Positions 13,130 through 25,640 of a DNA stretch of 59,659 bases are shown piece by piece. A program made the position numbers and the translations under genes. Positions within the stretch are counted from its first letter, which is position 1, and every line of letters begins with the position of its first letter. The stretch is from NCBI GenBank assembly GCA_050230475.1, contig JBFLGF010000175.1, positions 1 to 59,659 of the forward strand, read 5' to 3'. Under the pieces are notes generated by a model. It saw only the letters and a list, made by a program, of their open reading frames with translations. It did no database searches and was not told the origin of the DNA. The stretch is from Ancylonema sp. (lineage: Eukaryota).

Positions 13130-13559
13130 TTTCCAAAAATTTATATGCAGTCCTCGCGTTCGAGAGCTGGAATGATATGTTGCGCCCGTCTCTCGCCCTC
13201 GTCCTCGCCCTCGCCCTCGTCTCTCGCTCTCGCAATGTTCACATCATGGGCTCTGCTCCGAAGTGCTGAATCATGCTGCTGACTTTCAATCACCCCTGTT
13301 ATTTTACTGTTCTGTTGCAAGACAACGACAGTAAATACTCGTTATAGGCTCACCTTTGGATATGTATGCTGATAACGTGATTACGTCTGTAACTTGTATA
13401 TGCGTTATAGGCACGTTTGCTAGGGGGCCTTGAGGTCAGATGAGCCTGTAATGAAGGCCATCCCAATTCAAGCCCCACTCCTACCGGGTCGCATCGATCA
13501 AAGTCAAAGTTGCACAGACCGGCTGGAAATGGATGTGAGACCGCGGGCTAACATTACGT

Positions 13560-13815
13560 CAAGAAAGTATGTTGTCGGACAATATACGATTGTGGGCTTC
13601 CATGATTATTTGTCGAGGGCACGGGTGAATGTGCTTATATGATGAATCGGTGCTGGCGCGGGTATTTGCGTCTATACGATAATTTGGCACATGCGCAGGT
13701 ATTTGAGGTGTTTTGATAATTTGGCGCGTGTGCGGGTGCAAGCATTTGTTGAGCAAGTTTCATTCCGCGTTGAAAGGCCTTCTTTATTGTAATGATGAAG
13801 AACGCCATGTCATGT
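13560..13815 (-). repeat. Fragment of the unidentified dispersed repeat family
   Basis: Close match to 610-850. Both encode PQIPAHVPNYRID on the minus strand. Confidence 0.8.
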
Positions 13816-14021
13816 GGTGTCACATCACTAGGACTGGCTCGAGTTGGAAGGAGGGGAGGGTATGGGAAGAATGGAGGAAGGAGGGTGAGGGAGATAGATT
13901 GGTCAAACGAAAGTGAAAACTTTTACCTGCTTTTTGCGCATACGTATGACTCGATTTTGGAAGCAGAAGATAGGAGACAGTGGTGTTGAAAGGGTCGCAA
14001 ATTTCGTTATTCTGTTTCCAG

Positions 14022-15828
14022 ACTGTGTCCGCCGGCGTGAAAGAGAGTGCGGGCGATCCATGGGAGATGGTTGGGCCCTTGCCCCTCTTCGACCCCCCCC
14101 GCCACGACTCTACGGAAACCATCCGAGAAGCGCTGAAGCTGGGTGTGAACGTGAAGATAATCACGGGTGACCAGCTGACCATTGCCAAGGAGACAGGGCG
14201 GCGGCTGGGCATGGGCACTAGCATGTACCCCTCCTCCTCCCTCCTGGGCAACCACAAGGACCCCGCCCTGGCTGGCATGCCCATCGAGGAGCTCATCGAG
14301 AAAGCTGACGGGTTTGCGAACGTGTTCCCGGAGCACAAGTACGAGATCGTGGCGCAGTCGCAGAAGCTGAAGCACATCACTGGCATGACGGGGGATGGAG
14401 AGAACGACGCCCCCACGCTGAAGAAGGCGGATATTGGAATCGCAGTGGCTGACGCGACGGACGCCGTTCGCGGGGCCGCAGACATTGTGCTGACAGAGCC
14501 GGGACTGAGCGTCATCATGCGGTGCTCACCAGCCGCTGCATCTTCCAGCGCATGTAGAACTACACCATCTACTCCGCGTCCATAACTGTGCGGATTGTGC
14601 TCGGGTTCCTGCTCGTCGCCCTCATCTACAAGTTCGACTTATCGCCCTTCATGACCCTCATCATCGCGGTGCTGAACGACGGCACCATCCTGACCATCTC
14701 CAAGGACCGCGTGAAGCCCTCCCCCCACCCCGACAGCTGGAAGCTCGCCGAGATCTTCTTCACAGGCGTGTGCATCGGCGTCTACCTGGCCCTCATCACT
14801 GTGCACTTCTTCTGGCTCAAGTACAGAACCACTTTCGTCCAGGTGACACTCCCCCTCCCCCGTCCCCCTTCCCCTCCCAGGCACGCAGGCACACGGGGTG
14901 CAGTGAGATTGAGGTTCGGAGGTGGGGGTGCATGTGGGGTCCAGACCTCTTTTGGTGTGCACGTCATCAGGGAGGACCGTTTCTAGTTGAACAGCGCGCT
15001 GTACCTGCAAGTCCTTGTCCTTCTTGGAGCGCCGGGGGACTCTCCTCGTGATTGCATTCGCACTCGCCCAGCTTGTGAGTCCTTCCCTCCCCCAACCCCA
15101 CCCTCTGTATGAGAGAGACGGGAGGTAATGAAGGGATCTTTTACGGGTGTAGGTTGCCACCTTCATCACTGTCTACGCAAACTGGGGCTTTGCCAACATC
15201 CTATATCCTAGGAGGTAAAGGATGGGGTTGGGCCGGAGTGATCTGGTTGTTCGAGTGAGTTGCCTTCATCCCCACCCCCAACCCTTCCATTGCTATTTCC
15301 CCCTTGGGTCCCTCTGATGTGGGGATGGGGATGGGAATGGGGTGCAGCCTGGTATTTTACTTCCCGCTGGACTTTATCAAGTTTGGTGTACGCTACACCC
15401 TGAGTGGCAACATGTGGGCGCTAATGTTCAACTCCCACAACGTGTTGGCCAACAAACATAATTTTGGAACAGATGAGCGCAAGGCTGCCTGGGCCACAGC
15501 GCAGCGCACCCTGCACGGCCTTCACTCGATAAAGGCGACTTGAAACGGGGTCTGTGGTGACCTCCAACATCCCCGCAACAATAGCTGCCGATGCTACATC
15601 CAGACGAGCAGAGATTGCAAGGTAGGAGTTGTGCCTTTGACGGTCGATCTGTGCTTTATTTGAAGGTTTTTGGAGTGTATGATGTTTGAAGGGTTTAGTC
15701 TGAGATGGTGTATGATGTTGGTGCTGTGCAGACTCTGTGAGTCGAGCACACTGAAGGGGCATGTGGAGTCGGTGGTGAAGGCCAAGAACATTGGTGTTGA
15801 CACCATTCAGCAGGTGTACATGGTGTAA
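14022..15828 (+). pseudogene. Plasma-membrane P3A-type H+-ATPase pseudogene (C-terminal half, introns retained)
   Basis: [46 protein letters not shown] motifs. Frameshift near 14518, TAG at 14555-14557 (QRM*NY), another stop near 14984, an internal deletion near 15013, and no N-terminal half. Confidence 0.9.
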
Positions 15829-16194
15829 ATGATGAAGATGAGAGAGAGGATACGGGAAAGGTGGTAGGTGGTGAGGGTGGAGTGGAGGAGGAAAGGGAGG
15901 ATGATTATAAAATGGAGATGATGTGTGAAGATTTATGTTGATTTTGCTGTGAGAGAGAGAGGGGCAAATGATTTGCATTCGACGTTTGTCTGCCCTTCCC
16001 AGGGGGGGTAAGCATGACGCTGGTATGTCAACAGAGGGTTAGACTTGCACTGGTAGGTCACTCACGGTTGATTCTCGTGGAGACAAATTGATGTAAAAGA
16101 GATAGTGTGTTACATATGTTTCGGGATAAGTTGTGTGTTTCAATTCGAAATTGAAATTCATAATTTGTTGGAATGGGACGGATTGTGTTCAATT

Positions 16195-17130
16195 TGGTTG
16201 TTGATGTGAAGTAGGAGTGGAAGCTGAAGATGTCATGATATGCACACCTCATAGTAGATACTCCATGCAAAGCATCATCTACAAATGCTGTCAAATTTAT
16301 TCACTTTACCTGTATTGCTAAACCCTACATAGGTACAGAAATCCAGAACAAAACCTGTCTGTATCTCCCTAAACTAATTTCTTAATAATGTTTTCTGTAC
16401 AATCATCGATCCTGCCACTAGCTAACACCACCTTTTGGTACAAATCAAGAATATTAGCTAGAGCTACATTATCAACAGACACATCACATCATTATCCTAC
16501 CATCATTCTATCATCATCAACTTCTTACCAGTCCTCACAAACACTCTCCTGCGCCTGGAAAACACTTACCACCAACTCGCAACTCGCAACCCTACTGGCT
16601 GGCTGCAGTGAAATGCCCAGAAGTTAGTGGTTGATGTGAAATATGAGTGGAAGCTAAATATGTCATCCTATCTACACCTCGAAACTTCGCTTATTACGAA
16701 TCAGCATATACATTTATATCCCATGTAAATCACCATCCACACTTGCTGCCAAATTTCTTCGCTTTATATTTTTTGCCAAACCCGACATATGTACAAAAAT
16801 CTAACCCAATGCCACTCCCCCAAAACTAATTCTTAAACAATCCTTCCTACATCATCATCGTTGCTACTAGCAAGCGATAATGTCAGCGAGCTGTACGGTA
16901 AGCCTCTTTTCGCAAACGGTATTCTATCGAACTATTCAAATACCTCATTCCTAGGTAGCTCCAATTTCTTGTACAGTTCTATAATATTAGTTGGTGACAT
17001 GTCATCAACAGACGTGCAACATCATTATCCTATCATCCTCAATCACCATGCCATTACTCACAACCTCTTCCAGACCTGCCAAATATTTACCACCTAGATC
17101 TCGCAGCCAGCCCTGCTGGATCGCTGAAGC
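16195..17130. repeat. Diverged tandem duplication of the ACR 3' end and 3' flank (~430-500 bp units)
   Basis: GTTGATGTGAA..GAGTGGAAGCT at ~16200 and ~16630; ATCAACAGAC..ACATCATTATCCTA at ~16470 and ~17003; TTACCACC..CTCGCA..CCCT.CTGG at ~16567 and ~17087. Confidence 0.75.
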
Positions 17131-18942
17131 TAAGTTGCCCCCCAACAATCGGGGGGCTGCCGCCCAGCCCCAAGGTGAACAGCCACCGCTCTGACTGCGA
17201 CCGAATCATGTTCACAAACGAGCTGCCGGGAGAGTCGACTGATGTGGGCGCAGGTATGGGGATCGCTCCTGGCCCATCCTTGACCTGCAGAATGCTGAAC
17301 CCTATTTCCCGCCTCATGGCTTCCACCACACGCTCCTCCACTGCCTGCCCTTCTGCATCCGTGACATGCAACACAATCGTGGCGCTGTCCCTCTCGGTTG
17401 CCACGTCAGCTTTGGTGACCAGAAGCCCGTGCGAATGAAACATGCGAGTGACGTCGCACAGGAGCCCCACGCGGTCGCTGGTGCACACCTCAAGTCGCAT
17501 GCCCTGACGCGCAGCAGCAGCAGGGACCCCACCCCGTCAGACACCCGGGGGAGGAAGATGGCAGTGGCCATTCGCGTGCGACTCACCTCTGGAGTGCGCC
17601 TCTCGATGGCGGCCTCCAAGCAGCGCACCACGCGCTTCCTCTCAGACTCCGAGTCCAGCGTGCCTCCGTCCATGTGGCGGATGTAGTACTCCTGCGTGGC
17701 CACGCCCGCGTGGGAGTCGATGGTGGCGTGGACGACGACGTAGTGCATGTCAGTGAGCGTGCACACTGTGTCGAACAGGAGCTTGGGGCGATCCAAACAC
17801 TTGAGGTTGATGATGGAGTAGAACGTCTCCGCGCAGTTGCGGACGGACACCTCCACCTTCTCCTTTGCGGTGAGACGCGTGCCCCAAGGACTCCCCCCGG
17901 CAAAGTCGCCATCTGCAAACATCATCTGATGCAGTCTCCGCTCCGTGTGAGTGCGGGTCGAGGGCACCTCCATTACCGCCCCCCCCTTCCCATCCTTGCC
18001 ATTCATCACTGCCCCCAGCTGCTCCTTCACTCTCGCCAGCACTGCCTTGTCCTGCACCAGCCCCCCCACGGCCTTGTCCTCCACATGCAGCACGCAGGCC
18101 ACTCGTCGGTTGTGGGTCCACACCTCCGCCCCCGCCACGTTGCACTTCAGCTCGGTCAGCACCGCCGACACTTCGGAGAGCAGACCCGGCCGGTCCGTGC
18201 CCATCAGCTCGATCACAGTGTGCAGCGCAGTGGGCTCGTAGGCCCCCGAGCGTCCCAGACAGGTGCGCACTTGTCGTACAGAAACTTCGCGCTTGGCACC
18301 CAACACCTGCTGTATGTAGTTGATGAGGGTCTCGTCTACCACCTTCTCCCCCAACTGATCCTTCACATGGAAAACTGCAGCCCCGCACCCAACCACATAA
18401 CAATAGATGGTCATCAGACCAACCAAAACCCAGCTAGGCCAACCTCAATAAGTAAGCAGTGCAGAATATCTGAGGGTAAGCCCTGCACACGTGCACACTG
18501 GCCGTGTGGTAGAGAGGGATGGGTTACCATCCACGAACCATCCTCCGTCGGACGAAATGTACGCCTTGCTGATCACCAGGTCCAGGTCAGTCAACAGCTG
18601 GACCACCTCCAGAAGGCACCCACGGCGGTTGGCACTGTCCACTTTCACCAGAGTGGCTTCGGCATCGGTCGTGTTGTCGATCACGACCCTGCGCGAGAAT
18701 GAGGAGAGAATGCCGTACAAGCTGAGACTCCAAAGAAAGCTACCAAGGACAAGGTGGGTCTTTGGAGGAAGAAGGTCCAGGGCGTACCTTGGAGGGTTGA
18801 TCTTCAGAGAGAGAGTCTCGAATTCTGCGTGCAAAAAGAGCGAAGTCGGTTGTCGATGTCAGGCATTCAAGATTAACTCCCCTCAGTGGGGATGTGGAGG
18901 TACGCCACGCCACCAAGCCCCACGCCCCGACACGTAAATCAT
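17087..18942 (-). CDS. ACR: ACT domain repeat (ACR) protein with four ACT domains; first exon and start codon uncertain
   Basis: Exons about 18788-18824, 18528-18688, 17586-18376 and 17087-17504 give [86 protein letters not shown] and [11 protein letters not shown], all hallmark plant ACR motifs. ATG at 18942 is a tentative start. Confidence 0.9.
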
Positions 18943-19221
18943 TTTTCCTCCTTGTCACTAAAGTTATTCAGCACTTGATGGGATACCCACGAAGGGTTTT
19001 CGCTTAACTTCGTCATCCCTGAACACATTGGCGGTTTTGTCACTATCAATTTAGAGCGTGTACAAATGTTCAGTATACTCCTACTACCAAACTGACAAGC
19101 GTCTTCGAAGTGTCCCTGACAAAGAAGGAACTCGTCATTTAAGCAAACAGAAATGCCACAGTCACATAAGAGCTCCGTTTTCCAAGCGGAGTGTGCTGTG
19201 CCACACAACTAACCGGGCACC

Positions 19222-21440
19222 GTGTCGTAAGAGCGCTGCCAGGGGATGGTGGAAACGTCTGGTGAAGAAAACGGCGCCACGGCTGAGTCCGACCCGTGAT
19301 AACCAACCCCACTATTTCGTTCGCGTACAGTCAGCGGCGGCCACGAGGAGGACATCGAATCTGATGTGCGGTACCCTTGAACACTGTTCATGCACAGAAG
19401 AAGCTGCTACTGGGCAGGCGTCGTAGGCACGCACAGGCATGTCTATTGACACAACCAGCGTGTTGACAACGAGAACCCAACGACAGTCACAGGCTCGGTA
19501 ATACACGAGCTTCTTCAGCGCTGCAATTGTGCAATCTGACGCCTGCCTCCTTCATGTTTTGTAAGATGTCGACGGTAGCGAATTAGTGATGAATCGTGGA
19601 GAACGCCACAGCCGAGGTAAGAAGCGCGTGTAGGTCAAATGATCGATTCCCAATTGGAGTTGTGGTGCTCAGAAAGTGGTCTACAGGGGGAGTAAGGCGG
19701 TGGTCTCGTCCACCTGTCTAGCAATCAAGCGAAGTTGAGTCGCCCATCAAAAAAATCCTCTGCGCATGCTGTCAAAACCTAAAAGTTTGGATCCCCGTCT
19801 TCCACTTGCCGCCGGCTGGGGTTTGCAGGCTCTTGACAAATAAATGGCAACACGTGGCAATGCCTGGGAGGCTGAAGTTGAAGACGCCAAAGGCCACTGC
19901 GTGCCCAGACTGCTCCATGCTGGCGTGGCAAACAAAGTTTGGACCCGTCCAAACGATTTTGAGGTGGAAATTCTTCAATTTGGGGCAACATAATTTCAAT
20001 AACGTGTCACGACTCCGAGCCGGTTGCTGACAGTCGTGAGGTCCACCGGTACAGCTCTCCACGAGCCAATCGATTGATCGGGAAAATATATAATGTGGAT
20101 GTGGTCGGGCTTTCGGCTGCGAGATCCAAAGATCTGGGATATCTAAACTTTTGAACGGCTTGAGATCTGCAGATAAGATGAGGCGGGATCGCCGGTATCG
20201 AGTTGGGTCATGCCGCAGGGAGCGCATGACCAATGAAACAGGGGAAACCTGAATGGTACAACACCTTCGCCTTGGCTATCCACCCTCGTCTCGCGACTTT
20301 TATGTGGCGTGGGCATGTGCCCCAGCATTGTGCGAAACCACCAACCACCAACCGCCGACCGCCGACCGCCGACCGCCGACCGCCNATGTGTCGTAAGAGC
20401 GCTTCCAGGGGATGGTGGAAACGTCGGGGGAAGAAAACGGCGCCACGGCTGAGTCCGAGCCGTGATAACCAACTCCACTACTTCGTTCGCGTACGGTCAG
20501 CGGCGGCCACGAGGAGGACATCGGATCTGATGTGCGGTACCCTTGAACACTGGTCATGGACGGAAGAAGCTGCTACTGAGCAGGCGTCGTAGGCACCCAC
20601 AGGCATATCTATTGGCACAACCTGCGTGCTGACCCAAACACGAAAACCCAACGACAGTCAATGGCTCGCTAATACGCGGGCTTCTTCAGCGCTGCAATTG
20701 TGCAATCTGACGCCTGCCTCCTTCATGTTTTGTAAGATGTCGACGGTAGCGAATTAGTGATGAATCGTGGAGAACGCCACAGCCGAGGTAAGAAGCGCGT
20801 GTAGGTCAAATGATCGATTCCCAATTGGAGTTGTGGTGCTCAGAAAGTGGTCTACAGGGGGAGTAAAGCGGTGGTCTCGTCCACCTGTCTAGCAATCAAG
20901 CGAAGTTGAGTCGCCCATCAAAAAAATCCTCTGCGCATGCTGTCAAAACCTAAAAGTTTGGATCCCCGTCTTCCACTTGCCGCCGGCTGGGGTTTGCAGG
21001 CTCTTGACAAATAAATGGCAACACGTGGCAATGCCTGGGAGGCTGAAGTTGAAGACGCCAAAGGCCACTGCGTGCCCAGACTGCTCCATGCTGGCGTGGC
21101 AAACAAAGTTTGGACCCGTCCAAACGATTTTGAGGTGGAAATTCTTCAATTTGGGGCAACATAATTTCAATAACGTGTCACGACTCCGAGCCGGTTGCTG
21201 ACAGTCGTGAGGTCCACCGGTACAGCTCTCCACGAGCCAATCGATTGATCGGGAAAATATATAATGTGGATGTGGTCGGGCTTTCGGCTGCGAGATCCAA
21301 AGATCTGGGATATCTAAACTTTTGAACGGCTTGAGATCTGCAGATAAGATGAGGCGGGATCGCCGGTATCGAGTTGGGTCATGCCGCAGGGAGCGCATGA
21401 CCAATGAAACAGGGGAAACCTGAACGGTACAACACCTTCG
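19222..21440. repeat. ~1.1-kb tandem duplication (19222-20270 / 20388-21440) with an N at 20385
   Basis: The last ~750 bp are nearly identical and the first ~300 bp are visibly diverged. A (CCGCCGA)n array and an N lie at the junction. Confidence 0.85.
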
Positions 21441-21765
21441 TCTGGCGGAGGACAGCGCACTCCATCTTATGATTCTGTGCGCGATGCGGTTTACCACATC
21501 ATCCGTGAGTCGCGCCAGCACGCGCATCAGGAGCGCACCTCCCTTCATCGGCCCCTGGGGGACGCGGCGGACGAGTCGATATTGTGATTTCGGATGCGGC
21601 GGTGGGGCACACTTTGGTCGACATTGTTGTTGCAGACCCTACCCGCCAGGATCTGGTGAAGCGCGCCGCTAGACATGATCTCGTCGCGGTCACGGATGCG
21701 GAGCGAAGGAAGGAAACCCACTATCGGGACGAAATTTGTGCCCTTTGCTCTTGAGACGTACGGAT
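21440..21765 (+). mobile_element. CRE-like non-LTR retrotransposon remnant, restriction-like endonuclease (RLE) domain
   Basis: Frameshifted translation GGQRTPSYDSVRDAVYHII...GGRVDIVISD...VDIVVADPT...AERRKETHY...FVPFALETYG. These match the RHD, PD..D, AE.RK..Y and F.PF..ET.G motifs of RLE elements. Confidence 0.75.
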
Positions 21766-21959
21766 CGAATATACGACATAGAGAGTACAAAAAATAGGAG
21801 AGCACTACAACTTGGAGCGTCGGGAGGGAAATAGACGCATACTGTCGATATGCAAGGGGTTGAGGGGGTTTTAGGGGAAGAGGAAGGAGGAGTTTTAGCG
21901 ATTGCGAGGTCGGTAGGGGACTCGAAGGAAAATCAAACAACAGGTGCGGTGAGGCCGAC

Positions 21960-22500
21960 CACAGGAGTAGAGGGTGTCCCAAGAAGGATAGTGTTTGTAC
22001 ATGGTGTGGGGGATTAGGACACATTGAACAAACATATTACAACAAGGTCGATGGAGCACCAAGGGGAGGTAATTGAGGTGGTTCGGGATTGAGAGGTTGG
22101 GGTGCTGGGGTCGCAAGGAGGGGACAAGGTGGGCATTGGATATATGGGGATGGTATAGATGTAGAGGAACGGGGAAATGTTGAGGAGTTGATGCATGGGG
22201 ATGGGAGGTGGTGATGGAGAGGAGAAAGAGTGGGTTTGCAGCAGTGGAGCTCACTACCACATGTCGGGTGACATCAATTATTTTGACTTCCTTGACGATA
22301 TTCCATGAACATTCCACATCAAGTAAATCAAGGGAAAGGTGGTCATAACAAAAGGGGAAGTAGTGTGCCTTTCTACCGACAAGGGATACGGTGTGAAGGG
22401 TGTGCTTGAATTTCATGAGGTGCTTTTCTTACCAGGGATGAGGGTGAACATGTTCTCCCGACAACGAATTCGGGACAAGGGTGGTTGTGTTATGAAGCGA
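21960..22500 (+). mobile_element. Ty1/copia gag zinc-knuckle and protease remnant
   Basis: CTWCGGLGHIEQT(Y) knuckle at ~21996, WVCSSGAHYHMSGD (W..DSGA..HM motif) at 22231, and EVLFLPGMRVNMFS (DVLYVP.L..NL.S motif). Several stops. Confidence 0.75.
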
Positions 22501-22645
22501 AAGAGGAAGAGCACTTCATAGCTTTAGATAAAGCTTAACACATGTTGGATACGACCTAGTACGTTTGTAATGATGAATATGTCGCGTGGCATTCAATTGC
22601 CAAGCGTGTCGACTTGCCGACATTTGTCAACCGTTCGCCTCATGN

Positions 22646-22668
22646 CATCATCATCATCATCATCATCG

Positions 22669-22701
<33 letters not shown>

Positions 22702-22732
22702 GCAGCATCATCATCATCATCATCATCATCAT
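22646..22732 (+). repeat. (CAT)n microsatellite next to an N
   Basis: Direct reading; N at 22645. Confidence 0.95.
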
Positions 22733-23450
22733 AGGCGCAATGGATGAACCCCAAAGTTCGTCCACCTTGGGGTGGCGGAGTGGTCGCCCCTCGGCCGGTG
22801 CGTTGTGAAGCCTCATCATGCGGTGTCGTGTCCCGCAAAAATCCGAGCGATGATTTGAGTCGCCGCGCACCATGGGTGGCGGGCTGTTTAGCCACGAACC
22901 GTGTGCAAGGAGGAAAGAGGGTCATGCCTAGAGAAATTCGGACGGACCAAGGGAAATACATAGGAGTTAAGGCTACAAGTCATCTCCCAACGGGCCGAAT
23001 CACCGTGGCTCCCATCCATCCTCAGCATGAGATGAAGTCGAAATGTTTCCAGACGACTAATCCGATACAGGAGAAGGCATAACTGAGTTGTCGCCTCCCA
23101 TGCGGGGGTCCACAAGGAGTACAAGGGCGGCAGAGGCTTGCGCAGATGGGGCCAGTGGGGATTCGTGGCGCGCCTGGAAGGAAGGCCGCATGTACACCTG
23201 TCCTGAATCCTACCCAAAAACGTGTCCCGGAACCTACTCGGTCTGCGGCAATCGGACCAGAGGGTGGCCGTGCGAGGGGCGCCATCGTACAAGGTGAAGC
23301 GTAGAAGGTCGTAGTCAAGCGTGGCGCACCTTTGGGGGGAGGTGAGAGGTGTCCGAGTGGAGGTCAGCGAGAGGAGATGGTCCCAAAGGCCAAGGCTGCA
23401 CCTAGGGAGGAGGCCGCCTCTACACTTGTGAAGCAACCCGTCTGGTACGG

Positions 23451-23504
23451 TTTTTGGGGTTTTTGGGGTTTTTGGGGTTTTTGGGGTTTTTGGGGGTTTT
23501 TGGG
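23451..23504 (+). repeat. (TTTTTGGGG)n 9-mer array
   Basis: About five to six tandem units. Confidence 0.9.
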
Positions 23505-24689
23505 TACTCGTGTGGTACCCCTTGCTGCTTTTAAGATTAAAAGCTTGTGGTGAAATATAGTCCAATCAGAGTGTAGTTCAATGAGGTGCTCAGGTGGTTT
23601 AATCAACAACTACCGCACCACTTCAAGCTTGATTGATGACAAAAATCACACGACAAGAAAGCAATGAACCGACTCAATTGTTTAATGAAAAGAGTCGGGC
23701 AATATAGCCCGACCCATGGTACACAAATACTGTGACCGTGTGGCAACGGCTACGTTTAATGCTAGCCTAGCCACTCACATTCGTTTATTGTTATCTACCA
23801 TATGACGATATGTCATGGTATGTCGGTCCTAGTGACCATCTAACGACTACATCAAATCATATTACGGTTTCTATTCACTTAATCGTATGCGCACAAGTCG
23901 GGTGCCCAGGTAGAATTGTACCCGGCCCCTTGCCAACATGTTTATTGATACATTGGATGAAACATCTGATCTATCAAATCCCAACACACCCCCTCAGAAT
24001 GTCACCCACCATTTGTATCAATAACATCTAAGGTAAAAACCTTATCTGGCATAAGTTAACCACTAGCAAGAAAAGGCATCTAATGGTAGATGTCGTGCCA
24101 TCTAACATCGTGCCACACTTGCACGTGTCATAGTATTGTTATAACGGAATTTGCCGTTTTATGCACGTCGCACGTGCGAAATGCTTTAGAGCTTTCTTCA
24201 TGGTTGAGTGTTAGAATCCGGTTAGCCGGTTGTAATCTGAATATGCTTTAATTCCAGTCGTGTTTAAGACGGTTAATGTGATGGGAAGTTGATTCGTCAT
24301 TTAGTTGGGGAAGTTGATTCGTCATTTAGTTACGTTTGCATGAGTTGAATTCGCGCGTGTGCGCGCGTGTCATAGTTTCACTTGAATTATGTGTACGGAA
24401 TATGCATAGTGTCGGCTGATATGAACGCATTGAGTGTTCGCCAAGCATCCGGCACTCCTCGAGTATATAGGCCTCCTCGAGCATATAGGCAAAACATTGT
24501 TGCCATAATCAATTCTCTTGTGCATGTCCTTCTCATCATCGTATGAGTCGTGTATAGTCTATGCAGGATTGTGATGTGAATTGCACTCAATGGGATTATT
24601 GTTTGCTTTACACGCAAGTGCGTTCCTAACTTGTGTGATTAGAGAAAATCTTGATTGCTGTTCCGGACCAGTATGGCGGACACTTTAGG

Positions 24690-25640
24690 TAACATTGAGC
24701 ACACATGTATATATTATGATCTAGTCGAGATCCGTCACATGCCTATGTGCGATACCATTGTCTAATGTACACCAAATAAATTTCCCCTACAACTACAAGG
24801 CAAGGTAATGCCTTTGGTCTAACAATATCAAATTTTGTCGATCTGAATGGTAAAGACAATCACACTCAAATGCAAGGAATCCACGTAGATGTACAAAACC
24901 AGCCGAACCGCAATCAGATTACAAAGTAGGTTGTAAGGCAATTGTAACAGCGATTCCCGAGGTGTTTAGATCTCGAACGAGATCTGTGCACCAAGATTAC
25001 GGTTTTAGTACAATTTTTGCTCCCTTGGCTGCCCACGATCGGTTTGCAACGCATAGAATCTAGCCTGCCGTCAAAACATACTTGCTAATCGATTTCTAGC
25101 CAGGTATTCTCCAAATGCCGGCACTCAAATTACTACGATACAATGCATGGCTGCCACGCAGCATCTCCTTCTGTCTTGCTGTCTAAGGGTATGGTTGATC
25201 TAAGCTCTCCATGGTTTATAATTTACGATACAACAATGCAGCACCCTGATATTTGTCGTAATCTATTGTAAACATATCCAGACAGCAACACTGACGCTAG
25301 CATGTACTGCCGTACTTCGGTAATTGTATCGAAAGACATGTGTGGGCCTACGGTTGTCTAACAACATGCTGGTGGAAGTCTGTCTCTAGGAAGGTCAGTG
25401 TTGATGGCAGGGTATCGCGTTTATTACGGCCTTCCTTTGACAATCGAAACAAGAGTATAAATACGCCCGTCCGGGGACGCGCCAAATTGAAATGTTACCG
25501 CGCAAAACCCACGCATGTGTCAATCATGGTTCAAGGACACATATACCCGCACCCGCACCATTTATCGTATAAGCACATGCACCCATTCCCCCTTAATTCA
25601 CCATAGAGGCACCCGATTGTGTATTGTCCGACATAGATAA
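24690..25640 (+). repeat. Decayed copy of the unidentified dispersed repeat family
   Basis: Homologous to the reverse complement of 600-1650. Shared peptide remnants TA(V/I)PEV, WLPTI, FLA(K/R)YSP and NAWLP.S.S. Confidence 0.75.

Noticed and set aside
17674..18702. 342-aa + strand ORF, the longest + strand ORF in the track
   Set aside because: Antisense shadow of the GC-rich ACR exons with no recognisable domain.
18975..18990. GTATCCCAT on the minus strand as a possible U12 GT-AG donor for ACR
   Set aside because: It deviates from GTATCCTT, is in the wrong phase for the 18824 acceptor, and has no clear U12 branch site.
22593..22961. Poly-Asp, poly-Ile and poly-Met ORFs; also the (RE)n ORF at 3515-3736 and the PKT-repeat ORF at 22888-23565
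   Set aside because: These are translations of microsatellites or short tandem arrays.
23668..23714. Short hairpins CCGACTC..GAGTCGG and GTCGGGC-AATATA-GCCCGAC as a Helitron 3' end
   Set aside because: No CTRR terminus at the expected distance and no second copy in the window.
24283..24331. Two direct copies of GGGAAGTTGATTCGTCATTTAGTT
   Set aside because: A simple local slippage duplication with only two units and no spacer.
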